Shown here in pieces: positions 37,678 through 49,833 of a stretch of 64,000 nucleotides of DNA. How positions within the stretch are numbered: position 1 is the first letter of the stretch; each line of letters opens with the position of its first letter. The notes beneath the pieces are model-generated. The model saw only the letters and a program-made list of their open reading frames with translations. It did not search any database and was not told where the DNA came from. A program made the translations under genes and the position numbers. The stretch is from Macrostomum lignano. Its lineage: Eukaryota. The stretch spans positions 1 to 64,000 of the forward strand of contig NIVC01001819.1 of the NCBI GenBank assembly GCA_002269645.1. The letters are read 5' to 3'.

Positions 37678-38417
37678 GTTCTCATCTTTTTGATAACATC
37701 AAATTTTGCACTTATATATATATACTTCAACAGTTTAAAATCCAAGCATAGAGTAAATCACACGAAGCAGTTATGACATAATCAGTTTCTCAGTCAGTCA
37801 GTATCAGTTAACAATATGGTTACGCAATTTAAATCAAGTCTGGTGCTACGCTTCCACACTGCATTTTCAATTCAAGTCGGAGTTACAATTCAGTGATGAT
37901 GCAATCTATTTCAGAACCAGAATTCAACCAGTCAGTTTTTTCTCTAGCATTCTTACAATGCATTTCAAGTCGAAAAGTTTGCTTGACCTTTGCAAAAAAG
38001 CATGTTTTTCGAATATTTAATGCCTTTAGCATCGAGCAATTTCTTAGCCGCGATGCATGTACAGTCACGGGAAAATTTCTGATCGAACAGTGCAAGTTTG
38101 AACAAAATCGGTCCAGCCATTTTTTCTCTAATCGATCACATAGATAGATAGATAGATAGATAGATAGACACAGACAGACCATTTTTAGTATATAGGACTA
38201 GCAATCTACGCCCCCCGTTGGGGAGCCAAAGAAATGCAATACACGTTTTTTTAATAAGCTACATGTATCCTTGAAATCTTAAAAAATCTCCTGTCAAACC
38301 TTGTAAGCCTTGACATGTCAGTATCCCCCCCACAAGCTTTAACATATCAACTTCCCCCCTTGACATCTCAGCAATGCCCCAATAAGCCTTGGAAATCTAA
38401 AAATATCTGTCAACCTT

Positions 38418-38479
38418 CTAACCCTAACCCTAGCCTAACCCTAACCCTAACCCTAACCCTAACCCTAACCTAACCCTAA
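38418..38479. repeat. Interstitial telomeric-type (CCCTAA)n tract, about 10 units, in Helitron unit B
   Basis: Same position in the element as in unit A. Confidence 0.9.
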
Positions 38480-39369
38480 AGCATTGAAATTTCAGTAATT
38501 CTCCTAAGAGTCATTATAGCACTACTACAGCATTATAGCGATTCCTGCAAGCCTCACATCGTAGGGATTCCCAAATGAATCTCTTAACTTCGACATGAAG
38601 CTTCTTTTATTTTTTACATTACGCTTTTTTATCAGCGATCCCTCCCCTGAGGAGGCATCAAATAATGTAATAAAAAGTTTTCAATAAACTACATGTAGCT
38701 TCTGACTTTAGCCTTGAAATCTCATTTATACCCCCGTGAGCCTTGACATCTCAGCTATTCCCCCCGTAAGCCTTGACATGTCAGCGATGGCCCCATAAAC
38801 CTTGAAATCTAAAAAATCCCCTGTTAACCTTGAAACCCGATAAAATATAACCCTCAACCCACACCTGACCTAAACCTAACTTTAACCCAACCTAAAGCCT
38901 TGAAATCTCAGCAATTCTTCTCCCCTAAGCCTTGACATTTTAGTGATTCTTCTTTAAGAATCACAGCACTATAACGATTTCCACCAAGCTTTGACATCGT
39001 AGCAATTCCCAAATGAATCTTTTAACTTCGACATGACTTTTCTTTTATGTATACATAGTGCTACTTTTATTTTTTACATGACTTTCTTCTATCAGCGCCC
39101 CCCCCGTGACGAGCCAACAAAGAATGCAATAAAAAAATGAGTAAAGTACATGAACTTTGAAGTAGCTTCTGACTTTTGCTTTGACATCTCAGAAACCCCC
39201 CCCCGTAATCTCAGTTATTCTCTGAGAGCCTTGACGTCTCAGTTTTTCTCCCCAGCACAGCATTATAGTTGCATTTAATTTTTACATGAACCCTTCATGT
39301 CTGACATGACGTTTCTTTTATTCTACCGTGACGCTTCTTAATTTTTTAAATGACACTTTCATTAGTTTT

Positions 39370-42300
39370 TAAATGAGGCTTCTATGATTTTTTCATGACG
39401 CTTCTATGATTTTTACATGACGCTTCTATGATTTTTTACATGACGCTTCTATGATTGTTTACATGACGCTTCTATGATTTTTACATGACGCTTCTATGAT
39501 TGTTTACATGACGCTTCTATGATTGTTTACATGACGCTTCTATGATTGTTTACATGACGCTTCTATGATTTTTACATGACGCTTCTATGATTGTTTACAT
39601 GACGCTTCTATGATTTTTACATGACGCTTCTATGATTGTTTACATGACGCTTCTATGATTTTTACATGACGCTTCTATGATTTTTACATGACGCTTCTAT
39701 GATTGTTTACATGACGCTTCTATGATTGTTTACATGACGCTTCTATGATTTTTACATGACGCTTCTATGATTGTTTACATGACGCTTCTATGATTTTTAC
39801 ATGACGCTTCTATGATTTTTACATGACGCTTCTATGATTGTTTACATGACGCTTCTATGATTTTTTACATGACGCTTCTATGATTGTTTACATGACGCTT
39901 CTATGATTTTTACATGACGCTTCTATGATTGTTTACATGACGCTTCTATGATTGTTTACATGACGCTTCTATGATTTTTACATGACGCTTCTATGATTTT
40001 TACATGACGCTTCTATGATTGTTTACATGACGCTTCTATGATTGTTTACATGACGCTTCTATGATTGTTTACATGACGCTTCTATGATTTTTTACATGAC
40101 GCTTCTATGATTTTTACATGACGCTTCTATGATTGTTTACATGACGCTTCTATGATTTTTATGACGCTTCTATGATTTTTACATGACGCTTCTATGATTT
40201 TTTACATGACGCTTCTATGATTGTTTACATGACGCTTCTATGATTTTTACATGACGCTTCTATGATTGTTTACATGACGCTTCTATGATCTTTACATGAC
40301 GCTTCTATGATTTTTTACATGACGCTTCTATGATTTTTATATGACGCTTCTATGATTGTTTACATGACGCTTCTATGATTTTTACATGACGCTTCTATGA
40401 TTTTTACATGACGCTTCTATGATTGTTTACATGACGCTTCTATGATTTTTACATGACGCTTCTATGATTTTTTACATGACGCTTCTATGATTTTTACATG
40501 ACGCTTCTATGATTGTTTACATGACGCTTCTATGATTTTTATATGACGCTTCTATGATTTTTACATGACGCTTCTATGATTTTTTACATGACGCTTCTAT
40601 GATTGTTTACATGACGCTTCTATGATTGTTTACATGACGCTTCTATGATTGTTTACATGACGCTTCTATGATTTTTTACATGACGCTTCTATGATTTTTT
40701 ACATGACGCTTCTACGATTTTTATATGACGCTTCTATGATTGTTTACATGACGCTTCTATGATTTTTTACATGACGCTTCTATGATTTTTATATGACGCT
40801 TCTATGATTGTTTACATGACGCTTCTATGATTTTTATATGACGCTTCTATGATTTTTTACATGACGCTTCTATGATTTTTTACATGACGCTTCTATGATT
40901 GTTTACATGACGCTTCTATGATTGTTTACATGACGCTTCTATGATTTTTACATGACGCTTCTACGATTTTTTACATGACGCTTTTGATTGTTTACATGAC
41001 GCTTCTATGATTTTTATGACGCTTCTATGATTTTTTACATGACGCTTCTATGATTTTTTACATGACGCTTCTATGATTGTTTACATGACGCTTCTATGAT
41101 TGTTTACATGACGCTTCTATGATTGTTTACATGACGCTTCTACGATTTTTACATGACGCTTCTATGATTGTTTACATGACGCTTCTACGATTTTTTATGA
41201 CGCTTCTATGATTTTTTACATGACGCTTCTACGATTTTTATATGACGCTTCTATGATTGTTTACATGACGCTTCTATGATTGTTTACATGACGCTTCTAG
41301 ATTTTTTACATGACGCTTCTATGATTTTTACATGACGCTTCTATGATTGTTTACATGACGCTTCTACGATTTTTACATGACGCTTCTATGATTGTTTGCA
41401 TGACGCTTCTATGATTGTTTACATGACGCTTTATGATTGTTTACATGACGCCTACGATTTTTTACATGACGCTTCTATGATTGTTTACATGACGCTTCTA
41501 TGATTGTTTACATGACGCTTCTATGATTGTTAGATGACGCTTCTATGATTGTTTACATGACGCTTCTATGATTGTTTACATGACGCTTCTACGATTTTTT
41601 ACATGACGCTTCTATGATTGTTTACATGACGCTTCTATGATTTTTACATGACGCTTCTATGATTGTTTACATGACGCTTCTATGATTTTTACATGACGCT
41701 TCTATGATTGTTTACATGACGCTTCTATGATTGTTTACATGACGCTTCTAAGATTTTTTACATGACGCTTCTATGATTGTTTACATGACGCTGTTATGAT
41801 TTTTTACATGACGCTTCTAAGATTTTTTACATGACGCTTCTACGATTTTTTACATGACGCTTCTACGATTGTTTACATGACGCTTCTATGATTGTTTACA
41901 TGACGCTTCTATGATTGTTTTCATGACGCTTCTAAGATTTTTTACATGACGCTTCTACGATTTTTTACATGACGCTTTTATGATTGTTTACATGACGCTT
42001 CTACGATTTTTATATGACGCTTCTATGATTTTTTACATGACGCTTCTATGATTTTTTACATGACGCTTCTATGATTGTTTACATGACGCTTCTATGATTG
42101 TTTACATGACGCTTCTATGATTGTTTACATGACGCTTCTATGATTTTTTACATGACGCTTCTATGATTGTTTACATGACGCTTCTACGATTTTTATATGA
42201 CGCTTCTATGATTGTTTACATGACGCTTCTAAGATTTTTTACATGACGCTTCTACGATTTTTATATGACGCTTCTATGATTGTTTACATGACGCTTCTAC

Positions 42301-43372
42301 GATTTTTATATGACGCTTCTATGATTTTTTACATGACGCTTCTAAGATTTTTTACATGACGCTTCTATGATTGTTTACATGACGATTCTATGATTGTTTA
42401 CATGACGCTTCTAAGATTTTTTACATGACGCTTCTACGATTTTTTACGTGACCCTTTTATGATTGTTTACATGACGCTTCTACGATTTTTATATGACGCT
42501 TCTATGATTTTTTACATGACGCTTCTATGATTTTTTACATGACGCTTCTATGATTGTTTACATGACGCTTCTATGATTGTTTACATGACGCTTCTATGAT
42601 TGTTTACATGACGCTTCTATGATTTTTATATGATGCTTCTATGATTTTTTACATGACGCTTCTATGATTGTTTACATGACGCTTCTATGATTGTTTACAT
42701 GACGCTTCTATGATTTTTACATGGCGCTTCTATGATTGTTTACATGGCGCTTCTATGATTGTTTACATGACGCTTCTATGATTGTTTACATGACGCTTCT
42801 AAGATTTTTTACATGACGCTTCTACGATTTTTTACATGACGCTTTTATGATTGTTTACATGACGCTTCTACGATTTTTGTATGACGCTTCTATGATTTTT
42901 TACATGACGCTTCTATGATTTTTTACATGACGCTTCTATGATTGTTTACATGACGCTTCTATGATTTTTTACATGACGCTTCTATGATTGTTTACATGAC
43001 GCTTCTATGATTGTTTACATGACGCTTCTATGATTTTTTACATGACGCTTCTATGATTGTTTACATGACGCTTCTACGATTTTTATATGACGCTTCTATG
43101 ATTTTTTACATGACGCTTCTATGATTGTTTACATGACGCTTCTATGATTGTTTACATGACGCTTCTATGATTGTTAACATGACGCTTCTAAGATTTTTTA
43201 CATGACGCTTCTACGATTTTTTACATGACGCTTCTATGATTGTTTACATGACGCTTCTATGATTGTTTACATGACGCTTCTAAGATTTTTTACATGACGC
43301 TTCTACGATTTTTTACATGACGCTTTTATGATTGTTTACATGACGCTTCTACGATTTTTATATGACGCTTCT
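39370..43372. repeat. 22-23 nt satellite in unit B, roughly 175 copies
   Basis: Same unit as in unit A but longer and more homogeneous; copy number estimated from length. Confidence 0.95.
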
Positions 43373-44139
43373 TTTTAAAAAGTCTTTTAGTTTTCCTGAC
43401 ATTGAAAAGCTTTAATTAAAAAAATTATACTCAAATTCAAACCATCGAAAATTCAAACCATCGTCACTGCATTTAGCAGTTCAGTTTGTTCACCTTTAGG
43501 CTAGCTCTCATCGTTTTGATAACATCAACTTTGCACTTATATAACTCAACACTTTTAAATCCAAGCATAGAGTAAATCACACGAAGCAGTTATGACATAA
43601 TCAGTTTCTCAGTCAGTCAGTATCAGTTAACAATATGGTTACGCAATTTAAATCAAGTCTGGTGCTACGCTTCCACACTGCATTTTCAATTCAAGTCGGA
43701 GTTACAATTCAGTTATGATGCAATCTATTTCAGAGTCAGAATTCAACCAGTCAGTTTTTTCTCTAGCATTCTTACAATGCATTTCAAGTCAAAAAGTTTG
43801 CTTGACCTTTGCAAAAAAGCATGTTTTTCGAATATTTAATGCCTTTAGCATCGAGCAATTTCTTAGCCACGATGCATGTACCGTCACGGGAAAATTTCTG
43901 ATCGAACAGTGCAAGTTCGAACAAAATCGGTCCAGCCATTTTTTCTCTAATCTATCACATATATATATATAGACATCACATTTTTAGTATATAGGACTAG
44001 CAATCTTCGCCCCCCGATGGGGGGCATCTAGATAGAATCTCTGGCACTCTACAAGTATCAAAAAGACGGCCAAATAAAGCCTTCACATAGACAATAGAAA
44101 AACTGCTCAAATGAAGTGCAATGCAAAAAAATATCCCAG

Positions 44140-45377
44140 GACAGCAAGCAACCCCCCAGATAGCAAGCACCCCCAGATAGCAAGCATCCACCTAATAGCA
44201 AGCACCCTTAGATAGCAAGCATCCCCAGATAGCAAGCACCCTTGGATAGCAAGGCAAGCATCTCCAGATAGCAAGCACCCCCAGATAGCAGGCACCCCAG
44301 ATAGCAAGCATCCACCTAATAGCAAGCACCCCAAGATAGCAAGCATCCACCTAATAGCAAGCACCCTTAGATAGCAAGCACCCCCAGATAGCAAGCACCC
44401 CCAGATAGCAAGCACCCCAAGTAGCAAGCATCTCTAGATAGCAAGCACCCCCAGATAGCAGGCACCCCAGATAGCAAGCATCCACCTAATAGCAAGCACC
44501 CCAAGATAGCAAGCATCCACCTAATAGCAAGCACCCTTAGATAGCAAGCACCCCCAGATAGCAAGCACCCCCAGATAGCAAGCATCTCCAGATAGCAAGC
44601 ACCCCCAGATAGCAAGCATCCACCTAATAGCAAGCACCCCAGATAGCAAGCATCCACCTAATAGCAAGCACCCCCAGATAGCAAGCATCCACCTAATAGC
44701 AAGCACCCCCAGATAGCAAGCACCCCCAGATAGCAAGCATCTCCAGATAGCAAGCACCCCCAGATAGCAAGCATCCACCTAATAGCAAGCACCCCCAGAT
44801 AGCAAGCATCCACCTAATAGCAAGCACCCCCAGATAGCAAGCATCCACCTAATAGCAAGCACCCCCAGATAGCAAGCACCCCCAGATAGCAAGCACCCCC
44901 AGATAGCAAGCATCTCTAGATAGCAAGCACCCCAGATAGCAAGCATCCACCTAATAGCAAGCACCCCCAGATAGCAAGCATCTCCAGATAGCAAGCACCC
45001 CCAGATAGCAGGCACCCCAGATAGCAAGCATCCACCTAATAGCAAGCACCCCCAGATAGCAAGCACCCCCAGATAGCAAGAACCCCCAGATAGCAGGCAC
45101 CCAGATAGCAAGCATCCACCTAATAGCAAGCACCCCCAGATAGCAAGCACCCCCAGATAGCAAGCACCCCCAGATAGCAAGCACCCCCAGATAGCACGCA
45201 TCTCCAGATAGCAAGCACTCCAAGATAGCAGGCACCCCAGATAGCAAGCATCTACCTAATAGCAAGCACCCCCAGATAGCTAGAACCCCCAAGATAGCAA
45301 GCATCCCCCCAGATAGCAAGCACCCCCAGATAGCACGCATCTCCAGATAGCAAGCACTCCAAGATAGTAGGCACCCC
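44140..45377. repeat. 17-18 nt minisatellite (GATAGCAAGCACCCCCA) in unit C
   Basis: Direct tandem reading, with CATCCACCTAAT and CATCTCCAGAT variants. Confidence 0.92.
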
Positions 45378-45378
45378 A

Positions 45379-46785
45379 TTTATGTTTGACATGGTAGCTG
45401 TTTTGTGTCTAACATGGTGGCTCTTTAATGTTTGAGCTGGTGGCTCTTTTATGTTTGACATGGTGGCACTTTAATGTCTGAAATGGAGTCATGTATACGC
45501 TTGACATGGTGACTCGTAGATGTTTGACAAAGTGGCTCTTTTATGTTCGACATGTGGCTCTTTAATGTTTGACATGGTGGCTCTTTAATGTTTGACATGG
45601 TGGCTCTTTAATGTTTGACATGGTGGGTCTTTAATTTATGACATGGTGGCTCTTTTATGTTTGACATGATGGCTCTTTAATGTTCGACATGGTGGCTGTT
45701 TAATGTTTGTTATGTAGTCATATGTAAATGTTTTACATGGTGGCTCTTTTATGTGTGACATGGAGTCACGTATATATTTGACATGGAGTCACATATGTTT
45801 GACATGGTGGCTCTTTAGTGTTCGATATGGTGGCTCTTTAATGTTTGACATGGTGGCTCTTTAATGTCTGACATGGTGGCTCTTTAATGTTTGACATGGT
45901 GGCTCTTTTATGTTCGACATGTTGGCTCTTTAGTGTTTGACATGGCTCTTTAATGTTTGACATGGTGGCTCTTTTATGCTTGACATGGTGGCTCTTTAAT
46001 GTTCGACATGGTGGCTCTTTAATGTTTGACATGGTGGCTCTTTTATGCTTGACATGGTGGCTCTTTTATGTTCGACATGGTGGCTCTTTTTTGTTCTACA
46101 TGGTAACTCTTTTATGTTTGATACGGTGGCTTTTTAATATCTGACATTGTGGCTCTTCTATGTTTGACATTGTGGCTCTTTTATGTTTGACATGGTGGCT
46201 CTTTTTTGTTTGACATGGTGGCTCTTTTATGTTCGACATGGTGGCTCTTTTAGGTTTGACATGGTAGCTCTTTTATGTTCGACATGGTGGCTCTTTTAGG
46301 TTTGACATGGTGGCTCTTTTAGGTTTGACATGGTAGCTCTTTTATGTTCGACATGGTGGCTCTTAAATGTTTCACATGATGGCTCTTAAATGTCTTACAT
46401 GGTGGCTCTTTTATGTTTGACAATGTGGCTCTTTAATGTTTTACATGGCGGCTCTTTTATGTTCGAAATGGTGGCTCTTTAATGTTCGACATGGTGGCTC
46501 TTTAATGTTTGACATGCTAGCTCTTTAATGTTCGACATAGTGGCTCTTTTATGTTTGGCATGGTGGCTCTTTAATGTTCTTCATGGTGGCTCTTTTACGT
46601 TTGACATGGTGGCACTTTAATGTTCGACGTGGTGGCTCTTTAATGTTCGAAATGGTGACTCTTTAATGTTTCACATGGTGGCTCTTTAATGTTTGACATA
46701 GAGTCACGTATTTGTTTTACATGGTGCCCATGTAATGTTTGACATGGTGCCTCTTTTATGTTTGACATTGTGCTTTTTTATGTTT
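45379..46785. repeat. Degenerate 23 nt minisatellite (ATGTTTGACATGGTGGCTCTTTA) in unit C
   Basis: Direct tandem reading. Confidence 0.92.
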
Positions 46786-46814
46786 AGCAGTTTCGTGTTT
46801 TCAAGGTGTTTTAT

Positions 46815-46891
46815 AAAAAAATTATTTTGCACTACTAAGATTCGAACCCAGGTCGCTACGTTGGCAGTCCAGTCTGTTCGTATCTAGGCTA
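46815..46891 (-). promoter_or_regulatory. tRNA-derived Pol III-like cassette (A-box, B-box, oligo-T) in Helitron unit C
   Basis: Minus strand reads TAGCCTAGATACGAACAGACTGGACTGCCAACGTAGCGACCTGGGTTCGAATCTTAG. It has A-box-like TAGCCTAG, B-box GGTTCGAATC at tRNA-like spacing, a foldable T-arm CTGGG/CTTAG, then T7. Confidence 0.6.
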
Positions 46892-47372
46892 TCTCTTTTC
46901 AATTGGAGTACATGAATTGTGGCCCTTATAATTAAATTCTTACAGCAAGTCAATTGGGGTAAAAAGTTATGACATAATCAATTTCTCAGTCAGCCAGTAT
47001 CAGTCTCAGTTCAAGTTAGCAATATTGGTTACGCAATTTTAATCAAGTCGTGTGTGCATTTCTTCGGCACTGTTTTCAACTTGTTGTGATGCAATCTTTA
47101 TGACAATCAGAATTCAGCCAGTCAGTTTTTTTCTCTAGCATTCTTACAATGAATTTTAGGTCGAAAGAGCTGCTTGACCTTTGCAAAAAAGCATGTTTTT
47201 CGAATATTTAATCCCTTTATCATTGAGCAATTTTTTAGCCAAGATGCATGTACCGTCCCAGGAAAATTTCTGATCGAATGGTGCAAGTTTGAAGAAAATC
47301 GGTTGAGCCATTTTTTCTGAAATCTATCGCATACCTACCCACATACAGACAACTCATTTTTAGTATATAGGA

Positions 47373-48128
47373 AGTTTCGAGTTTGTAGAAGTTTCGAGCT
47401 TGTGGAAGTTTCGAGTTTGTAGAAGTTTTGAGCTTGTAGAAGTTTCGAGTTTGTAGAAGTTTCGAGTTTGTAGAAGTTTTGAGCTTGTAGAAGTTTCGAG
47501 TTTGTAGAAGTTTCGAGTTTGTAGAAGTTTTGAGCTTGTAGAAGTTTCGAGTTTGTAGAAGTCTCGAGTTTGTAGAAGTTTTGAGCTTGTAGAAGTTTCG
47601 AGTTTGTAGAAGTCTCGAGTTTGTAGAAGTTTTGAGCTTGTAGAAGTTTTGAGCTTGTAGAAGTTTTGAACTTGTAGAAGTCTCGAGCTTGTAGAAGTTT
47701 CGAGTTTGTAGAAGTTTCGAGTTTGTAGAAGTTTTGAGCTTGTAGAAGTTTCGAGTTTGTAGAAGTTTCGAGTTTGTAGAAGTTTCGAGTTTGTAGAAGT
47801 TTCGAGTTTGTAGAAGTTTCGAGTTTGTAGAAGTTTCGAGTTTGTAGAAGTTTTGAGCTTGTAGAAGTTTCGAGTTTGTAGAAGTTTTGATCTTGTAGAA
47901 GTTTCGAGTTTGTAGAAGTTTTGAGCTTGTAGAAGTTTTGAGCTTGTGGAAGTTTCGAGTTTGTAGAAGTTTCGAGTTTGTAGAAGTTTCGAGTTTGTAG
48001 AAGTTTCGAGTTTGTGGAAGTTTCGAGTTTGTAGAAGTTTCGAGTTTGTAGAAGTTTCGAGTTTGTAGAAGTCTCGAGCTTGTGGAAGTTTCGAGTTTGT
48101 AGAAGTTTTGATCTTGTAAAAGTTTTGA
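47373..48128. repeat. 17 nt satellite (GTTTGTAGAAGTTTCGA), right arm
   Basis: Same unit and orientation as the left arm; resumes in exact register after 47372. Confidence 0.95.
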
Positions 48129-48912
48129 GCTAGTAAAATGTGCTTTCTTCAACAAAATGAAATTCTGAGCTTCTGTATCCCTCATCATTATGCCATCTCC
48201 TCAAAAGCATGAAAATTGCCACCCAAAATATTCTGAATAGGAAAATCTGTCACGATGCGGTGAGTTGCGTAATCAAAAGGCCTGGGGATTCTTTTTAATA
48301 AGAGACCCCTCTGATGCAGCTGTTACAAGTCGTCTCTAGAATTGCAGTTTACTCAAACTGATCATATTGAATAATACGTGACTTTCTTCGCGCGGTTGCA
48401 CGCTGAGAAAATGCGGCATTTCTCAAGCTGTCCTGCCCTGCCTCCTGATGATGGGGGAGCTTGTTTAGAAAAAATTGCATTACAGATAATTGCACAAGAG
48501 CTCGCTAATCTACTGAGCGTAGCCGGGACTTCAACTTTCTCTCGTTGAGGCTTCTGTCACCCTCTCTCCCCTCTCTCCCCTCTCTCCCCTTTAATCCACG
48601 CGGCCAGTGGTGGCGGCCTCAATCAGGACGAAGCCACACTGAGCAGCGGACCGGTCGGTCGCAAGCCAATAAATACAGCTAGCGTTTATTTGTCCAGATA
48701 GCGGAGATGGGATCTCGGCAGTGGGGGGGGGCTGGTTAAGCTTATGCAGATATAAGTCTTGCACTGTTTAAACTGTTTTGGGATGAGCAAATATCGCTGT
48801 TATAGGATTAGGTAAGCTGCTAGCTTTATAAACTTACTTTTAATAATCTAATTAAGATATTTCATTGAGTGCACTGTGGTAGGATAGTAGAGGTAGGAGA
48901 TGCAGAGAACTG

Positions 48913-49833
48913 TAAGATGGAGAGAGGTAGAGAGGGAGACAGGGGAGGCAGAGATGAGGCTGGGCAATGGTAGAGAAAGAGACAGGGGAGGCAGAGATGA
49001 GGCTGGGCAATGGGAGAGAGGGAGACAGGGGAGGCAGAGATGAGGCTGGGCAATGGGAGAGAGGGAGACAGGGGAGGCAGAGATGAGGCTGGGCAATGGG
49101 AGAGAGGGAGACAGGGGAGGCAGAGATGAGGCTGGGCAATGGTAGAGAAAGAGACAGGGGAGGCAGAGATGAGGCTGGGCACTGGGAGAGAGGGAGACAG
49201 TGGAAGCAGAGATGAGGCTGGGCAATGGTAGAGAAAGAGACAGGGGAGGCAGAGATAGGCTGGGCACTGGGAGAGAGGGAGACAGTGGAAGCAGAGATGA
49301 GGCTGGGCACTGGGAGAGAGGGAGACAGTGGAAGCAGAGATGAGGCTGGGCAATGGGAGAGAGGGAGACAGTGGAAGCAGAGATGAGGCTGGGCAATGGG
49401 AGAGAGGGAGACAGTGGAAGCAGAGATGAGGCCTGGGCAATGGGAGAGAGGGAGACAGGGGAGGCAGAGATGAGGCTGGGCAATGGGAGAGAGGGAGACA
49501 GGGGAGGCAGAGATGAGGCTGGGCAATGGGAGAGAGGGAGACAGGGGAGGCAGAGATGAGGCTGGGCAATGGGAGAGAGGGAGACAGTGGAAGCAGAGAT
49601 GAGGCTGGGCAATGGGAGAGAGGGAGACAGGGGAGGCAGAGATGAGGCTGGGCAATGGGAGAGAGGGAGACAGGGGAGGCAGAGATGAGGCTGGGCAATG
49701 GGAGAGAGGGAGACAGGGGAGGCAGAGATGAGGCTGGGCAATGGGAGAGAGGGAGACAGTGGAAGCAGAGATGAGGCTGGGCAATGGTAGAGAAAGAGAC
49801 AGTGGAAGCAGAGATGAGGCTGGGCAATGGTAG
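48913..49833. repeat. 43 nt purine-rich minisatellite
   Basis: GGAGACAGGGGAGGCAGAGATGAGGCTGGGCAATGGGAGAGAG, about 21 copies. Confidence 0.95.

Larger units (their letters stand above)
34761..38197 (-). mobile_element. Non-autonomous Helitron-like element, unit A (3437 bp)
   Basis: The minus strand begins TCCTATATACTAAAAATGG and ends with GC hairpin GCTCCCC-AAC-GGGGGGC then GTAGATTG-CTAG. No TIRs, no TSD, no coding capacity seen. Confidence 0.8.
38198..43996 (-). mobile_element. Non-autonomous Helitron-like element, unit B (5799 bp), same subfamily as unit A
   Basis: Near-identical to unit A outside the satellite array, with the same TC and CTAG termini. Joined to unit A by a CTAG|TC junction. 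Confidence 0.8.
43997..47372 (-). mobile_element. Non-autonomous Helitron-like element, unit C (3376 bp), different subfamily
   Basis: Same 5' TCCTATATACTAAAAATG and a related ~600 bp 5' region. Perfect 7-bp hairpin GCCCCCC-GAT-GGGGGGC (44009-44025) lies 8 nt from the terminal CTAG. The internal body is different from A and B. Confidence 0.8.

Noticed and set aside
37893-43972. Near-identical 84-85 aa ORFs (MMQSISE…) at 37893-38147 and 43715-43972
   Set aside because: They are copies of the Helitron 5' module read antisense; no domain recognised, and the frame is not evident in unit C.
46830-46900. Functional tRNA gene
   Set aside because: Acceptor and anticodon stems do not pair properly; kept only as a tRNA-derived cassette.
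34761-47372. Autonomous Helitron (Rep/helicase) or a true chromosome end
   Set aside because: No long non-repeat ORF or Rep/helicase motifs; the telomeric tracts are short and internal.
33868-48188. (TSTNSKLLQ…)n ORFs at 33868-34767 and 47235-48188
   Set aside because: Translations of the 17-nt satellite.
32803-49833. Common origin of the two 43-nt minisatellites
   Set aside because: The reverse-complement similarity is only what low-complexity CT-rich sequence would give.
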